Shown here in pieces: positions 1-9,914 of a DNA stretch of 64,000 nt. The number at the start of each line of letters is the position of its first letter. Position 1 is the stretch's first letter. The stretch is taken from positions 1 through 64,000 of IMG/VR virus record IMGVR_UViG_3300029571_000009; one strand, given 5' to 3'. The position numbers and the translations under genes are program-made. The DNA is from a virus. Below the pieces are notes generated by a model that worked only from the letters and a program-made list of their open reading frames with translations, did no database searches and had not been told where the DNA came from.

Positions 1-515
1 TTCTTAATAAAGTCGATGAAATCCCATTCTGAAATAAATTCATGTCTTCTTTTGTTACTCTTTTCAAGCTCCGCATTTACATCTGCTTCATTCTCAAGAC
101 CAATCTCTTTTAACTCTTCATTAGTAAGGCTTGTTCCTTCCTTAACCTTTTCAGCAGCCTTTTCAAGCTTATATCTACGACCTGGCTTTTCAAGATCAAA
201 GATGAACTTCTTGAACTCTGCAACTTCTGCTAATTTTGATGATGTAAGTCTCTCCTTAAATGGAATCTTTAATGATTCACCTTTAACCTTATTGCCATTT
301 TCATCTACACCACTCTTAGAAAATGTGTACACATCACCATGACCATCCGCAAAAGCACCTGATGTAACAGTCATCATGTGTCTGTTATCTCCACAAGCTA
401 CATTAAACATTAACTGCTTGCGTACCCAACCAGAATCAAACTGCTTTTCCTGATAAGGATGGAACTTTTCACTCTCCTTACCGATACTTAACTTTCCTGT
501 CATTTCAAAATTCAT
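1..515 (-). CDS. hypothetical phage protein, 5' part only (gene runs past window start); acidic Phe-rich stretch, possibly ssDNA-binding-like
   Basis: ATG at 515-513 preceded by AAGGAGG; open minus-strand frame down to position 1 (MNFEMTGKLSIGKESEKF...EWDFIDFIK); the overlapping plus ORF 16..342 is low-complexity. Confidence 0.5.
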   Translation of the reverse strand, partial: MNFEMTGKLSIGKESEKFHPYQEKQFDSGWVRKQLMFNVACGDNRHMMTVTSGAFADGHGDVYTFSKSGVDENGNKVKGESLKIPFKERLTSSKLAEVAEFKKFIFDLEKPGRRYKLEKAAEKVKEGTSLTNEELKEIGLENEADVNAELEKSNKRRHEFISEWDFIDFIK

Positions 516-695
516 TAAATGAATCCTCCTTATATGTAAATAATTTTTGATAACTTATATATAAACGCCCACTTAGGACGGAACATGGAAGTAAATCTAT
601 ATGAAAATTTATCCATAAACAGTGATTTTTGGTGTACTTAACCAAGGGTATGCTGTTTCACCACCCATATTTTTATTCGCTGTTCAGTTATTTAT

Positions 696-719
696 TTTGG
701 AAATTTTGACTTGATTAAG
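696..719 (-). promoter_or_regulatory. copy of conserved intergenic motif (plus strand TTTGGAAATTTTGACTTGATTAAG), upstream of the minus-strand gene 1..515
   Basis: same core TTTGGAAAWTTT recurs at 1054, 9138, 25408, 27254 and 32664, always just upstream of a minus-strand gene start. Confidence 0.35.
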
Positions 720-1026
720 TCGGATCAACTATTCGATATGCCAATCTTTTATCTGTAAAGATTTCTTCTCCATTATCTTTTAATTTCGTTATGTTACAAG
801 ACAAATGCATTTCATCATATTCCAGATTTGAAATTTTACAATTAGATTGGATACTGTTTCCTTTCATAACTTTTGACTTGAAGAAAACTGCCTTACCATT
901 ATAATTCTTATGTGCATCACAATAAGTATCCCAACTGTCTGCCTCAACTACTCTTGACTGATGATCTCTGATGATATTATTTTTATCAATGATTAGATTT
1001 GTTTCAATTACTTCTATGCATATCAC
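715..1026 (-). CDS. hypothetical protein
   Basis: 103 aa ORF in the colinear minus-strand array. Confidence 0.5.
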   Translation of the reverse strand: MICIEVIETNLIIDKNNIIRDHQSRVVEADSWDTYCDAHKNYNGKAVFFKSKVMKGNSIQSNCKISNLEYDEMHLSCNITKLKDNGEEIFTDKRLAYRIVDPT

Positions 1027-1053
1027 CTCTATTCATATATTCTCTATTTTACA

Positions 1054-1076
1054 TTTGGAAATTTTAAACTGAATTG
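1054..1076 (-). promoter_or_regulatory. copy of conserved intergenic motif (TTTGGAAATTTTAAACTGAATTG)
   Basis: motif match; lies between the start of 715..1026 and the stop of 1084..1296. Confidence 0.35.
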
Positions 1077-1083
1077 TTCAAGA

Positions 1084-1296
1084 CTAAGAACTTACTTTGT
1101 TGTTCATAATATTTAGTATTGTATTTAACATATTCTCTGTGGTTGCGAAGTCTCCACCTAAACAAGAAGCAGTTGTCTTTATTTCATAAGTCCAATCAGC
1201 TTTATTGCTTGTTGACTCTACTGGATAATTCATATATAATACTGTTCCCTTTGGAACAATAATATCATGGTACTTATCTTTGTAATCTTCTTTCAA
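1084..1296 (-). CDS. hypothetical protein
   Basis: 70 aa ORF, minus array. Confidence 0.4.
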   Translation of the reverse strand: MKEDYKDKYHDIIVPKGTVLYMNYPVESTSNKADWTYEIKTTASCLGGDFATTENMLNTILNIMNNKVSS

Positions 1297-1509
1297 AACC
1301 TTTAACCACTTTTGACAACCTTTATTATATGATTTGTACTTTGCATCACTTGTATATACACGAAAATAAGGTTCAGACGGATATTCAATGCTCTTGAATT
1401 TGTTAATTACAAGTAATACTCCATCAGATATTCTATAAAGGTCTTGATAATCTGTTTCTGCTAATATCTCTATTTATATCACCTCACTTATTTATTCTCT
1501 ATTAGTAAA

Positions 1510-1776
1510 TTATTTATCACACATAACACTGCCATCAGAGTTTAGTCTTGGTGTCATACCACCCATACCTGCATATCCTGCTGCATATGAATAAATCCAA
1601 TAATGAACACCTGTATCTGGATCAATAAATTCATAAATGTCACTATTATAAATTTTAGGTGTTGTACCACTATTATTTGTTTGTGTACCTTCTGGAATGG
1701 TACATCCGACTAACGAAAACATTAAAACTAATGCTGTTGCGAGTACCATAAGTTTCTTTTTCATATCTTTTCTCAC
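1510..1776 (-). CDS. putative secreted lipoprotein
   Basis: N-terminal signal peptide with lipobox LVGC (MKKKLMVLATALVLMFSLVGC). Confidence 0.55.
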   Translation of the reverse strand: MRKDMKKKLMVLATALVLMFSLVGCTIPEGTQTNNSGTTPKIYNSDIYEFIDPDTGVHYWIYSYAAGYAGMGGMTPRLNSDGSVMCDK

Positions 1777-2209
1777 CTCTCGTCTTTTAAAATTAAATAG
1801 TATAAGAAACTTAGAAAAGTAAAACTAAGTCCCAATATTTTATTCTCTGTTTGATATGCGCACATTGTTATTCCAACAGAAAAGCTAATGCTTGTTTTAT
1901 GTATTGCTTCATATTATTACACCTCCAAGTTCAAATGAAACAGTGAATTCCACTGAATTACTTCACTTACTTATTCTCCCGTTTTTAAATTTATTTAAGA
2001 TAAACTTTCTTCAACTAATATATTTAATTTTTTCCAACAAGAAATACATATATGGAATGGCTGACTTTGTAATCTGAACGATTTTAGATATATGATCTTT
2101 TCATTACTTAATTCTTTATCACAAATTTTACATCTACATTTTTTAGTATTTCTTACTTCAAATTCGTTAAATTCATGTATAAAGCTTTTATCCATTTCAT
2201 CATCTCCAA

Positions 2210-2608
2210 CTATTTATTCTCTGTTTCAGGTTCTTCTAAAACTGCAATGCTCAAAGTTCCTGTATCACAATTTCTACCCATTCTTGTCTTAAATCCAAGT
2301 TCATTCAATTCTTTGTCTAATTCGTATAGATCATTTTCATCTGTACTGTAAATCTTACTACCTTTACAAATCTCGACAGCTCTTACATAATTTTTATCTT
2401 GCCAAGCCGAACTAATATATAACCATTGGTCTGTATCTACTTTAGATATTTTATTTCGTGGAACTACTGTGAATGGTTTAAGAATTTCTTCGATTTCATC
2501 TTTATGTTCTATGTAATTATCTACTGGATCTCGTATCAAATTAAGACACGCTCTACAACCTCTTTTATATTCCATAATATTATTCTCCATTACTTTTATA
2601 TAAAACAT
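2210..2608 (-). CDS. hypothetical protein, paralog of 17688..18227
   Basis: N-terminus YKRGCRACLNLIRDPVDNYIEHKDEIEEIL closely matches YKRGYRAECNLIRDPIDNYLEHKEEIEKVL in 17688..18227. Confidence 0.55.
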   Translation of the reverse strand: MFYIKVMENNIMEYKRGCRACLNLIRDPVDNYIEHKDEIEEILKPFTVVPRNKISKVDTDQWLYISSAWQDKNYVRAVEICKGSKIYSTDENDLYELDKELNELGFKTRMGRNCDTGTLSIAVLEEPETENK

Positions 2609-2819
2609 TAAAAGTTTTAATAACTTGTTCTCTAACTTCGTCCATGCTTTTTGCTTTCACTACAAGAACGATTGAATTATGATAAAAATCAGAAGCGTTT
2701 ACTTCATCATAAAAATTTTCAATCATTTTTTGTGTTGGTTTTGGCTCAAAAGCCAGAGATAAAACTCTTCCTATTCTTGTTGTAAGTGGTTCATACTGTA
2801 CTAAAAACATATTATCCAT
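2580..2819 (-). CDS. hypothetical protein
   Basis: 79 aa ORF, minus array. Confidence 0.4.
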   Translation of the reverse strand: MDNMFLVQYEPLTTRIGRVLSLAFEPKPTQKMIENFYDEVNASDFYHNSIVLVVKAKSMDEVREQVIKTFNVLYKSNGE

Positions 2820-2970
2820 AACTGTTTATTCTCCAATTTGTGCCAAGAAATGTCAGTTTCATTCGGTCTTGATTTCCATACCATATATAGTGTTTGTTGT
2901 GCTTTACGCTCACTATATATGGTATGTTATTTACTCTTCACCAATAAATACCAATCTATCAATATATTCT

Positions 2971-3246
2971 CTACTTTTCAGAAGATTTCTTTAAGTCTGT
3001 TAATGCATAATCTAAATCCTTAACCGTCTGAATAGCTTCCTTCATACTATTCATACCAGCAACAGCACTTGAAAAAGCTTTAATACTTTCAAACTCCATC
3101 TCTGAAATAGTCTTTAAAACATCGACCAATTTCATATTGCCAATTCCAGATACCTTTGCTGCATTTTCGATTGTTTCTTCTTCATTGACAAGTAAATCAA
3201 TAAACTGTCTTACCTTATTATTCTCCATCGTGTTTAACTCCTTCAT
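2971..3246 (-). CDS. hypothetical protein
   Basis: 91 aa ORF. Confidence 0.45.
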   Translation of the reverse strand: MKELNTMENNKVRQFIDLLVNEEETIENAAKVSGIGNMKLVDVLKTISEMEFESIKAFSSAVAGMNSMKEAIQTVKDLDYALTDLKKSSEK

Positions 3247-3400
3247 ATATTCTTTTTAATCTTTCTTTGCATTCCTTACTTGGATAACCAGAATTAGATA
3301 AAGCTAGTTTTATCCATTCTATCGTCTGTTTATCTACTTGTTCTTTGTCAAGTTCAACATCTTTTACTTCACCATCATAAGACTCGTCATACTTCTTCAT
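3218..3400 (-). CDS. hypothetical acidic protein
   Basis: 60 aa ORF. Confidence 0.35.
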   Translation of the reverse strand: MKKYDESYDGEVKDVELDKEQVDKQTIEWIKLALSNSGYPSKECKERLKRIYEGVKHDGE

Positions 3401-3474
3401 TTCTTCAACTAAGTAATTTGATACATCTTCGATACTTGGATATTTTTCGATATGTCATGCACCTCCCTAATAAG

Positions 3475-3915
3475 TTATTCTCCATACTTTTCAAATAATT
3501 CTGCCATTGTCATATCATTGTATTTTGCAAGATCCACACAACAAGCACATACATTTTTAGGTTGCGATGCTCCAATTCCATAGCATAGATAATCAGTCAA
3601 TTTAGCATACTGAAAATTTTCATATTCTCCTCTTGTATTCCAACCTACCATTTCTTCACCACTAATAATGAATTTTGTATCAGGAACACTAAGTACACTG
3701 CCATTACACTGTCTCCACCATGCCTCTTCACCTGCTAATTTAACAAATTCATCTTCTGACATATCACACATCTTATTAAATAGGTTTTTAGATATTTCCC
3801 ATACCTCATATCTATTCCCAGCATATGTAATTTCAGCATCATTTGGTGGATTATCTACAATGTCAAAAAATCTTTTTAATTTATTTCCTAAAATCTCCAT
3901 TATTTTACCTCTCAA
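3475..3915 (-). CDS. hypothetical protein
   Basis: 146 aa ORF; stop overlaps the start of 3912..4496. Confidence 0.5.
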   Translation of the reverse strand: MRGKIMEILGNKLKRFFDIVDNPPNDAEITYAGNRYEVWEISKNLFNKMCDMSEDEFVKLAGEEAWWRQCNGSVLSVPDTKFIISGEEMVGWNTRGEYENFQYAKLTDYLCYGIGASQPKNVCACCVDLAKYNDMTMAELFEKYGE

Positions 3916-4496
3916 GGAAACCGATATTTATTCTTTGATTCAAATTCTTCAAGTGCTTTATAAAATTCACTGCCTTTAATTTCTATAAAGCCTGTACTAT
4001 CATCTGGTGTAATAGTTTCATATTTTGTTGTAGAAATTTTTAAATATAATTTATTCTCATGTTCAAATCTTGAAATTGAATATCCCCCTAAATGTAATTC
4101 TTTGAAATAATCTCCTTCTTGAATTGGATGATTATTAATAACAATTTCTTTTTCAACGCACAAATCCTGGAACTCTTTTGATGTTTTGCTATTGGCTCTA
4201 AATTTTCTCATTAATACATTAGAATCGCAGAATAACTTAGTTGGTTTTAGTAATTCCTTACCAAATTTCTGATTGTTTTCATCGCAATGGGCAATATATA
4301 ATCTAATATTATGTTTCTCATGCTCTTTAAATGGACAATTTACAAATCCATCTCCACTAATATGATATTCTTTTCCAGCAATACCTTTATTCTCAAAAAA
4401 ATTATTTACTAATATTCTTCTTTCTTCCTCATGTTTTCTATAATCATCAATCTCTTTGAGGAATTTCTCATTTGTTACAATATAAAATTTCTCCAT
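3912..4496 (-). CDS. hypothetical protein
   Basis: 194 aa ORF. Confidence 0.55.
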   Translation of the reverse strand: MEKFYIVTNEKFLKEIDDYRKHEEERRILVNNFFENKGIAGKEYHISGDGFVNCPFKEHEKHNIRLYIAHCDENNQKFGKELLKPTKLFCDSNVLMRKFRANSKTSKEFQDLCVEKEIVINNHPIQEGDYFKELHLGGYSISRFEHENKLYLKISTTKYETITPDDSTGFIEIKGSEFYKALEEFESKNKYRFP

Positions 4497-4541
4497 TTTT
4501 TATCTCCACATTTCCACAAGAATCGAATCATTCTTATTAAT

Positions 4542-4829
4542 TTATTCTCTCAATCCATCCAATACTCTCATCAAAACGTGTCTTGTAAGTTTTTTAACAT
4601 CACCACTGTACAATCCACATTCAATGTCACAAGCCTTTAGAACTTCATCAAGAGTTTTATTCTTCTCTTCACTTAGTAACCTCTTACAGTTCTCATATTC
4701 AATATCATTTGTCTCATGAGCATTTCTAAGATTACTTTCTAAGCAGCGAATAATATCAATTAGTTCATCTTTTGTCATAGATTTTAATGTACTGTCGGAA
4801 TATGTTTTTCTTCCATCACCTATTGACAT
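4542..4829 (-). CDS. hypothetical protein
   Basis: 95 aa ORF. Confidence 0.45.
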   Translation of the reverse strand: MSIGDGRKTYSDSTLKSMTKDELIDIIRCLESNLRNAHETNDIEYENCKRLLSEEKNKTLDEVLKACDIECGLYSGDVKKLTRHVLMRVLDGLRE

Positions 4830-5092
4830 GTTCCACCTGCCTTTACTATCTCAATCGCCTTTTCAAGAGGAATAAGATAATTATTGCTGTTGCCACTTCC
4901 ATACAGTTTTACAGAAGAGTCCGTTTTCAACTGTCCTACAACACCATCAATATAATAAGCTGTTGATTGGTCTTTTATGTCTCTATAATCTAACACATAG
5001 TTACTACACTCTTGGCAGTGTGATATATCTCCTGAACAATCACCTTCATAGTTGCAATAAAAACTCAACTTATCTGCATCAATTAATCTCAT
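4820..5092 (-). CDS. hypothetical Cys-rich protein
   Basis: 90 aa ORF with CQECSNY motif. Confidence 0.45.
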   Translation of the reverse strand: MRLIDADKLSFYCNYEGDCSGDISHCQECSNYVLDYRDIKDQSTAYYIDGVVGQLKTDSSVKLYGSGNSNNYLIPLEKAIEIVKAGGTCQ

Positions 5093-5102
5093 TTTATTTC
5101 TC

Positions 5103-5297
5103 CTATTTGTAATCTTCTGGATGTTCTTTATAGTTATCTACCACGCTTTTCATATAACTAAAATAATCTCTTACAGAATCACTACTATCAGAAAATCCAC
5201 TTGTCACTTCGTATCCATTATCGAACACTGCAAAGGTTAAGAAACCTGAGCTATCTAGTCCTACTTCTATGTCACAGCCTTTATATTTACCTTTCAT
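5103..5297 (-). CDS. hypothetical protein
   Basis: 64 aa ORF. Confidence 0.4.
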   Translation of the reverse strand: MKGKYKGCDIEVGLDSSGFLTFAVFDNGYEVTSGFSDSSDSVRDYFSYMKSVVDNYKEHPEDYK

Positions 5298-5461
5298 GAT
5301 GTTATTCTCCTAATCATCCTTATCTATAATGAACCAATATAAGAAACTTAAAAGTGTAAAAATGATTCCAAGTATCTTATTTTCTGCTTGATATGAATAC
5401 ATCGTTACACCACTCCAGAACCATACCAAAAGAAATGCGATTGCTTGTCTATAATACTTTT

Positions 5462-5692
5462 TCATTTCACACCTCCAATTTTCTCAGCTACTTTTGCCTC
5501 ACATATTCCACAAATGCAGCCATTTTTCTCATCATACTTTTCAAGTTCACTAATGAGATTACTACAACACCAGCTTGATTCATTAAGATGAAACTCAATC
5601 ATGTCGTCATCCCAATCCGAAGGAAAATCCATTGGTAGATTTATTATCCACTGTATGGTTTTGGTCTGTCTATCTGCCATATTATTCTCCAA
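5462..5692 (-). CDS. hypothetical Cys-rich protein
   Basis: 76 aa ORF, CCSNL...CICGICEAK. Confidence 0.45.
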   Translation of the reverse strand: MENNMADRQTKTIQWIINLPMDFPSDWDDDMIEFHLNESSWCCSNLISELEKYDEKNGCICGICEAKVAEKIGGVK

Positions 5693-5999
5693 TTTCTATC
5701 TTCTGACCGATAAACTTCTGAAGCTGTTCATTTACATCATCAGGATAAGTTTTCACAACATAATCAGCGCAAACATGAATTTTTGTAATAATCTTATTCT
5801 CATCATACTCAATACTTCCAAGTGTTCCACCTGGAATTCTGATAGGCAAACAACTATTCTCATAATCACAAAGCACATAATGTTTCCAATGTCCATTAGG
5901 ATCAAGTCTAGCAAGTTTATCCAGCTCTGTTGTGATTTCACAATAATATTCATTCATTTTTGAATATCTTGAATTCGCATATTTGTTAATCAGCTTCAT
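5682..5999 (-). CDS. hypothetical protein
   Basis: 105 aa ORF. Confidence 0.5.
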   Translation of the reverse strand: MKLINKYANSRYSKMNEYYCEITTELDKLARLDPNGHWKHYVLCDYENSCLPIRIPGGTLGSIEYDENKIITKIHVCADYVVKTYPDDVNEQLQKFIGQKIEIGE

Positions 6000-6036
6000 A
6001 ATGTTATTCTCCTAACTATGTTCATATATTTGTTGT

Positions 6037-6333
6037 TTATATCTTGATTTTATATACTCTGATTGGTTCTCCTTCACTTTTATTGCTTTCTTGTGGATAA
6101 TACGTATTACCAACCCATTTAAATTTTAAATAGACCAACTCAAAATCGTTTTTATCAATACTACACTTTTCAAGTAATCCATGAAAATTTTTACTCAGCC
6201 TAAAACAAGTTTCTACATCATTGTCTTTGTACCAATTCATATTTATCAAAAATTGCGTTCTGTCATTACTAATACCACTATAAAAATTTCTCATTCGCAC
6301 CTCCAATCTATCCAAAGGAAAGAAAAAATTCAT
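6037..6333 (-). CDS. hypothetical protein
   Basis: 98 aa ORF. Confidence 0.45.
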   Translation of the reverse strand: MNFFFPLDRLEVRMRNFYSGISNDRTQFLINMNWYKDNDVETCFRLSKNFHGLLEKCSIDKNDFELVYLKFKWVGNTYYPQESNKSEGEPIRVYKIKI

Positions 6334-6336
6334 TCC

Positions 6337-6957
6337 TTACATATTGTCTATTTCTAACCACCTAACAATTGGCTCAGATGTGCTACCTTTTTCCCACACG
6401 AACCATGCATGGCACATTGTAGTCGCCCACTTCTTTCCCGTTTTTGGATCTTTCTCTAATCCACTATTCCAAGTTGCCATTCTATTCCTGAACACATATA
6501 TGTACTTAGGTGGATATTTTTCAAATAATTCTTTTCTTTTTGCGCCCTCAAGAAATTGAATTTTAAGAAACATTGCCATCTGACCATTATCTGTTAATAA
6601 ATCCATTCCTTTTTCTACAAATTCTTTTGCAAGTGAATATGGTGGATTGGTTATGATGCCTTCGTATTTTTTATCTGTTTCATATGTAAGAAAATTAGCA
6701 ACAATTGTGTTAGGATATCCTCTATCGACTAAATCAAGTCCTGTAATTTCTCTTTTATTCTTATAAAATTCATTTATTGCATTAGCAATATGACCACCAC
6801 CTACACACGGTTCTAATATTGTCTGTGCAAAAAAATCATATTTTGAAAGCAGCATTTTTACTGCTTCAGGATTTGTCGCATAGTAGTCATTTTCTACTCT
6901 TTCATTTTCTGGATTACCACCAGCCAATTTAGCACCTGCTAATACTTTTTTCTCCAT
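6337..6957 (-). CDS. N6-adenine DNA methyltransferase (orphan)
   Basis: AdoMet motif I EPCVGGGHIANAI followed by catalytic motif IV ITNPPYS. Confidence 0.7.
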   Translation of the reverse strand: MEKKVLAGAKLAGGNPENERVENDYYATNPEAVKMLLSKYDFFAQTILEPCVGGGHIANAINEFYKNKREITGLDLVDRGYPNTIVANFLTYETDKKYEGIITNPPYSLAKEFVEKGMDLLTDNGQMAMFLKIQFLEGAKRKELFEKYPPKYIYVFRNRMATWNSGLEKDPKTGKKWATTMCHAWFVWEKGSTSEPIVRWLEIDNM

Positions 6958-7145
6958 TTTGTGTTACCAGAAAGCTCATATGATTTACAGTAGCTACACT
7001 TTACATCCTTTCTGATATTTATTCTCTTATTAATTGGGATTCCCATAACCGAATAGCTTAGATATGATTAAAAATTCCCTATGAAAGATTGGTTTTAAGT
7101 GAAATCACTTCATCATTTCTTTCAGTTTTTTATTCTTATATTCTC

Positions 7146-8315
7146 CTATCCGTTGTGTTTTAATAAATACTCCCTCGAAACATTTTTAAAACTTTTTTGC
7201 CCTGAAATATCTCTGTATACAAATCCCTCTCTCTTAACCTTTGGATTTAATTCACTATATCCATCAGCTTCAAGTTTCATCTCTTCCATAGTCTTAGGTA
7301 ACTCATAAGCCGTATCAATAATTGGCACACTTGTTAATCCATGGCTCTTACAGAAATCAGCCATTTCTACAGTTCCCAGTCTTGTACCATCAATAATCAG
7401 ATTGAATACAAATAACTTATTCTCCGTAAATTTATATGGATTTCCCTGAACCGAGCCAACTCCTTCACCTTGTAACACAACTCTGTTATAGTCATTCTCT
7501 GTTGCAAACTGCGTAAGAATCTTTTCAATGTCATATTTATCAGCCAATTCCCAATAAATATTTGACTCGTGATAACAAGCCTGTTCTCTATCAGCCTGCC
7601 TTACATTTCTACTGCATACGATAAAATCAAATTTGTTCTTGCCCTTCTTCAATCTATCAACTGCAAATGTGCAGCTTGTACCATCGCATTTCTCAGTCTT
7701 AATCCACTTTTCTGTACTCTGAAGATAAAATGGTGCATTCTCAATTCTTGTCTCATCTGTTTTGACAATCCAATCTGGAAACTTCTTTGGATTATCTTTC
7801 TTGCGACCAAACAATAGAAACATAATCTTACGACCAATGCTGTATCTCATAATCCTTCTTACAATTGGGTTAGCGAATAACTTTGGTCTACGCTTTGCCA
7901 TTGACTTATATTTAGCATTTGGATCAATCTTATTAGTCTTTCTTGCTGCATCCTCTTCTGAAGCATATGTAATCTTCAAAGCTTCTGTAACATCATCACC
8001 AATATTTCTATCCTGTAATTCTGGGAAAAGTGATAATGGTAAGGCTAATCCCTGGCTAATTACTTTGAACTTGCCAAGTTTCATAGTCTTAACTTTGAAT
8101 TTCTTATTTGCCAAAAATGCGAATCTCTCATCTGTTTCAGGACACTTGCTGTCAATTTCGATATAAACAGCCATATCTCCTACATTAAACTCGCCTTTCT
8201 TAGCGATGCAAACCCATCCTAAAACTCCAATGAGTTCAATATTATCAGCTCCTTCAATCGGTCTGATCCACTCAATTTTTTCTACATGTGCTAATGCTCT
8301 CTCTTTGTTCTCCAA
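7146..8315 (-). CDS. ATP-dependent RNA ligase, Rnl5/DraRnl-like (N-terminal OB domain plus adenylyltransferase)
   Basis: nucleotidyltransferase motif I KCDGTS, motif III VLQGEGVG, motif IV REGFVYRD; N-terminal tRNA-binding-like OB segment IEGADNIELIGVLGWVCIAKKGEF. Confidence 0.7.
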   Translation of the reverse strand: MENKERALAHVEKIEWIRPIEGADNIELIGVLGWVCIAKKGEFNVGDMAVYIEIDSKCPETDERFAFLANKKFKVKTMKLGKFKVISQGLALPLSLFPELQDRNIGDDVTEALKITYASEEDAARKTNKIDPNAKYKSMAKRRPKLFANPIVRRIMRYSIGRKIMFLLFGRKKDNPKKFPDWIVKTDETRIENAPFYLQSTEKWIKTEKCDGTSCTFAVDRLKKGKNKFDFIVCSRNVRQADREQACYHESNIYWELADKYDIEKILTQFATENDYNRVVLQGEGVGSVQGNPYKFTENKLFVFNLIIDGTRLGTVEMADFCKSHGLTSVPIIDTAYELPKTMEEMKLEADGYSELNPKVKREGFVYRDISGQKSFKNVSREYLLKHNG

Positions 8316-8383
8316 GTTCCTCTTACCTTAGTAAGTAGTGCGCACTTTATCCTATAGGAACTTTTCTATTTTTCCTTTCTTAT

Positions 8384-9088
8384 TTAATCTTCTAATTTAT
8401 TACCTTTAGCTTCATTACAAAGCTTACACATTGTTTGATAGTTACTAATATCATCAATACCACCTTTTGAACGTGGTAAAATATGATCTTTTGTCATTAA
8501 AATTTCATCACCATTATCATCAACTGCATACAGATTTAGATGATATGTTTTATCCTGCAAATGTCTTTCTTTTGCAAAATATTTGCCTTCAATTCCACAA
8601 AATACACACTTACAACCTTTTGTGAAAAATGTCTGGTATCTTTGGCTATTACCTTTTATTAAATCTCCATCGAAATCAACCTTTGCATTTCTCTTATCTT
8701 TTTCAAATAAAACATTTTTCACTTTATTTCTAACTTCATCAATAGAATATACTTCCTTGCGAATTAAGTCCTCATGCTTTGATTTTGATTTTTTTAGTTT
8801 TGGTTCACAAAACTGCTTATTCAATAAAGTATTGTAGACATCTTCGATGTTTAAAACATCAATCAAATCTTTTACCGTTCTGATGTTGTTAGGAATATAA
8901 TCAGAAAGTAAATGTCTATTCCAAACAATCTTAAAAATTTCTGTATCCAAATTTGGTGATAATGGATTATTATTCTTGGGAAAACTCGTATTTAACAAAT
9001 CTTCAATAGTTTCATATTTGTCTAATAACTCCTTATCATTAAAACGATAATGAAATTTAAGACCTTTAAAAAATTTCTTTTTGCTCAT
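8384..9088 (-). CDS. HNH endonuclease (free-standing, homing-type)
   Basis: C-terminal HNH motif KDHILPRSKGGIDDISNYQTMCKLCNEAKGNK plus upstream CxxC pair CKCVFCG. Confidence 0.75.
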   Translation of the reverse strand: MSKKKFFKGLKFHYRFNDKELLDKYETIEDLLNTSFPKNNNPLSPNLDTEIFKIVWNRHLLSDYIPNNIRTVKDLIDVLNIEDVYNTLLNKQFCEPKLKKSKSKHEDLIRKEVYSIDEVRNKVKNVLFEKDKRNAKVDFDGDLIKGNSQRYQTFFTKGCKCVFCGIEGKYFAKERHLQDKTYHLNLYAVDDNGDEILMTKDHILPRSKGGIDDISNYQTMCKLCNEAKGNKLED

Positions 9089-9137
9089 AGTGACATCTCC
9101 TTTAAAATTTTATTGTCACTTATATATTCTCTCTTTT

Positions 9138-9153
9138 ATTTGGAAATCGTGAG
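9138..9153 (-). promoter_or_regulatory. copy of conserved intergenic motif (TTTGGAAATCGTGAGC), upstream of the HNH gene
   Basis: motif match in the 9089-9194 intergenic space. Confidence 0.3.
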
Positions 9154-9194
9154 CAGAAATGCTCTAAGATAAAATCATTTGAAATGCTTCTTTC

Positions 9195-9419
9195 TTATTT
9201 CTCATATAAAGCTTTCTGAAATTGTTTTCTAAATTTCTTACAAGCTGATTCATTTTGACTATCTGTTAATACTCCATGTATATAACAATACTGAATTGAA
9301 TATAATAACTTTTGTAATCTCTCAGCGTCTTTACTGAGAGTACACCCTTGTTTATTCACATACTTTTCCAAATTATCAAATAACGGATCAAAATTACTCA
9401 TATCTACAACTTTACCCAT
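9195..9419 (-). CDS. hypothetical protein
   Basis: 74 aa ORF. Confidence 0.4.
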   Translation of the reverse strand: MGKVVDMSNFDPLFDNLEKYVNKQGCTLSKDAERLQKLLYSIQYCYIHGVLTDSQNESACKKFRKQFQKALYEK

Positions 9420-9423
9420 ATTC

Positions 9424-9720
9424 TTATTCCCCCATCTGATCTACAATACTTTGTAACTTGTCAATATACATCTGTGCATATTTTTTATGTGATAACTGTT
9501 TAATATTAGCAGGTACAAAAGCTAACTTTGCTTCACCAAAAACATCATTATTTGAATAAACTTTCATAAACTGGCACATAGTTTCAGCATCAACCCGATC
9601 TAAATCTAGCTGAAAACAAATTACATCGCCCTTCTGTGGATGCAGTTTTCTAACCTTAATAAGTGTCTGTTTAAATAACTTCTTTTTCTGTCTCTTGTTC
9701 AATTTCTCACCTACTTTCAC
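9424..9720 (-). CDS. hypothetical protein
   Basis: 98 aa ORF. Confidence 0.45.
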   Translation of the reverse strand: MKVGEKLNKRQKKKLFKQTLIKVRKLHPQKGDVICFQLDLDRVDAETMCQFMKVYSNNDVFGEAKLAFVPANIKQLSHKKYAQMYIDKLQSIVDQMGE

Positions 9721-9914
9721 AACCGAATGAATCGTGGTTTTCCTACTTTATTCTTGCAGCACAGGGTTTGCATATATATACCTTTATTTTTTAAATCGTG
9801 TTTTAGATATAATATTTTTAATTTTACAGATATTACACTCTACCAAAACACATGATACTCTTTGTTTAAAATTATTTTTATAATATATTTTTCCTAAATC
9901 TTCAATTATATTAA

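Noticed and set aside
16-342. 108-aa plus-strand ORF at the left edge
   Set aside because: Low-complexity Ser/Leu-rich translation lying antisense to a convincing minus-strand gene that has an AAGGAGG RBS at 515; judged a shadow ORF.
7762-8166. Plus-strand ORFs inside the minus-strand block (7762..8166, 5601..5963, 27517..28041, 43167..43436 and others)
   Set aside because: All sit antisense to longer minus-strand genes with good RBSs. They have hydrophobic, low-complexity translations and no RBS; antisense shadow ORFs of AT-rich DNA.
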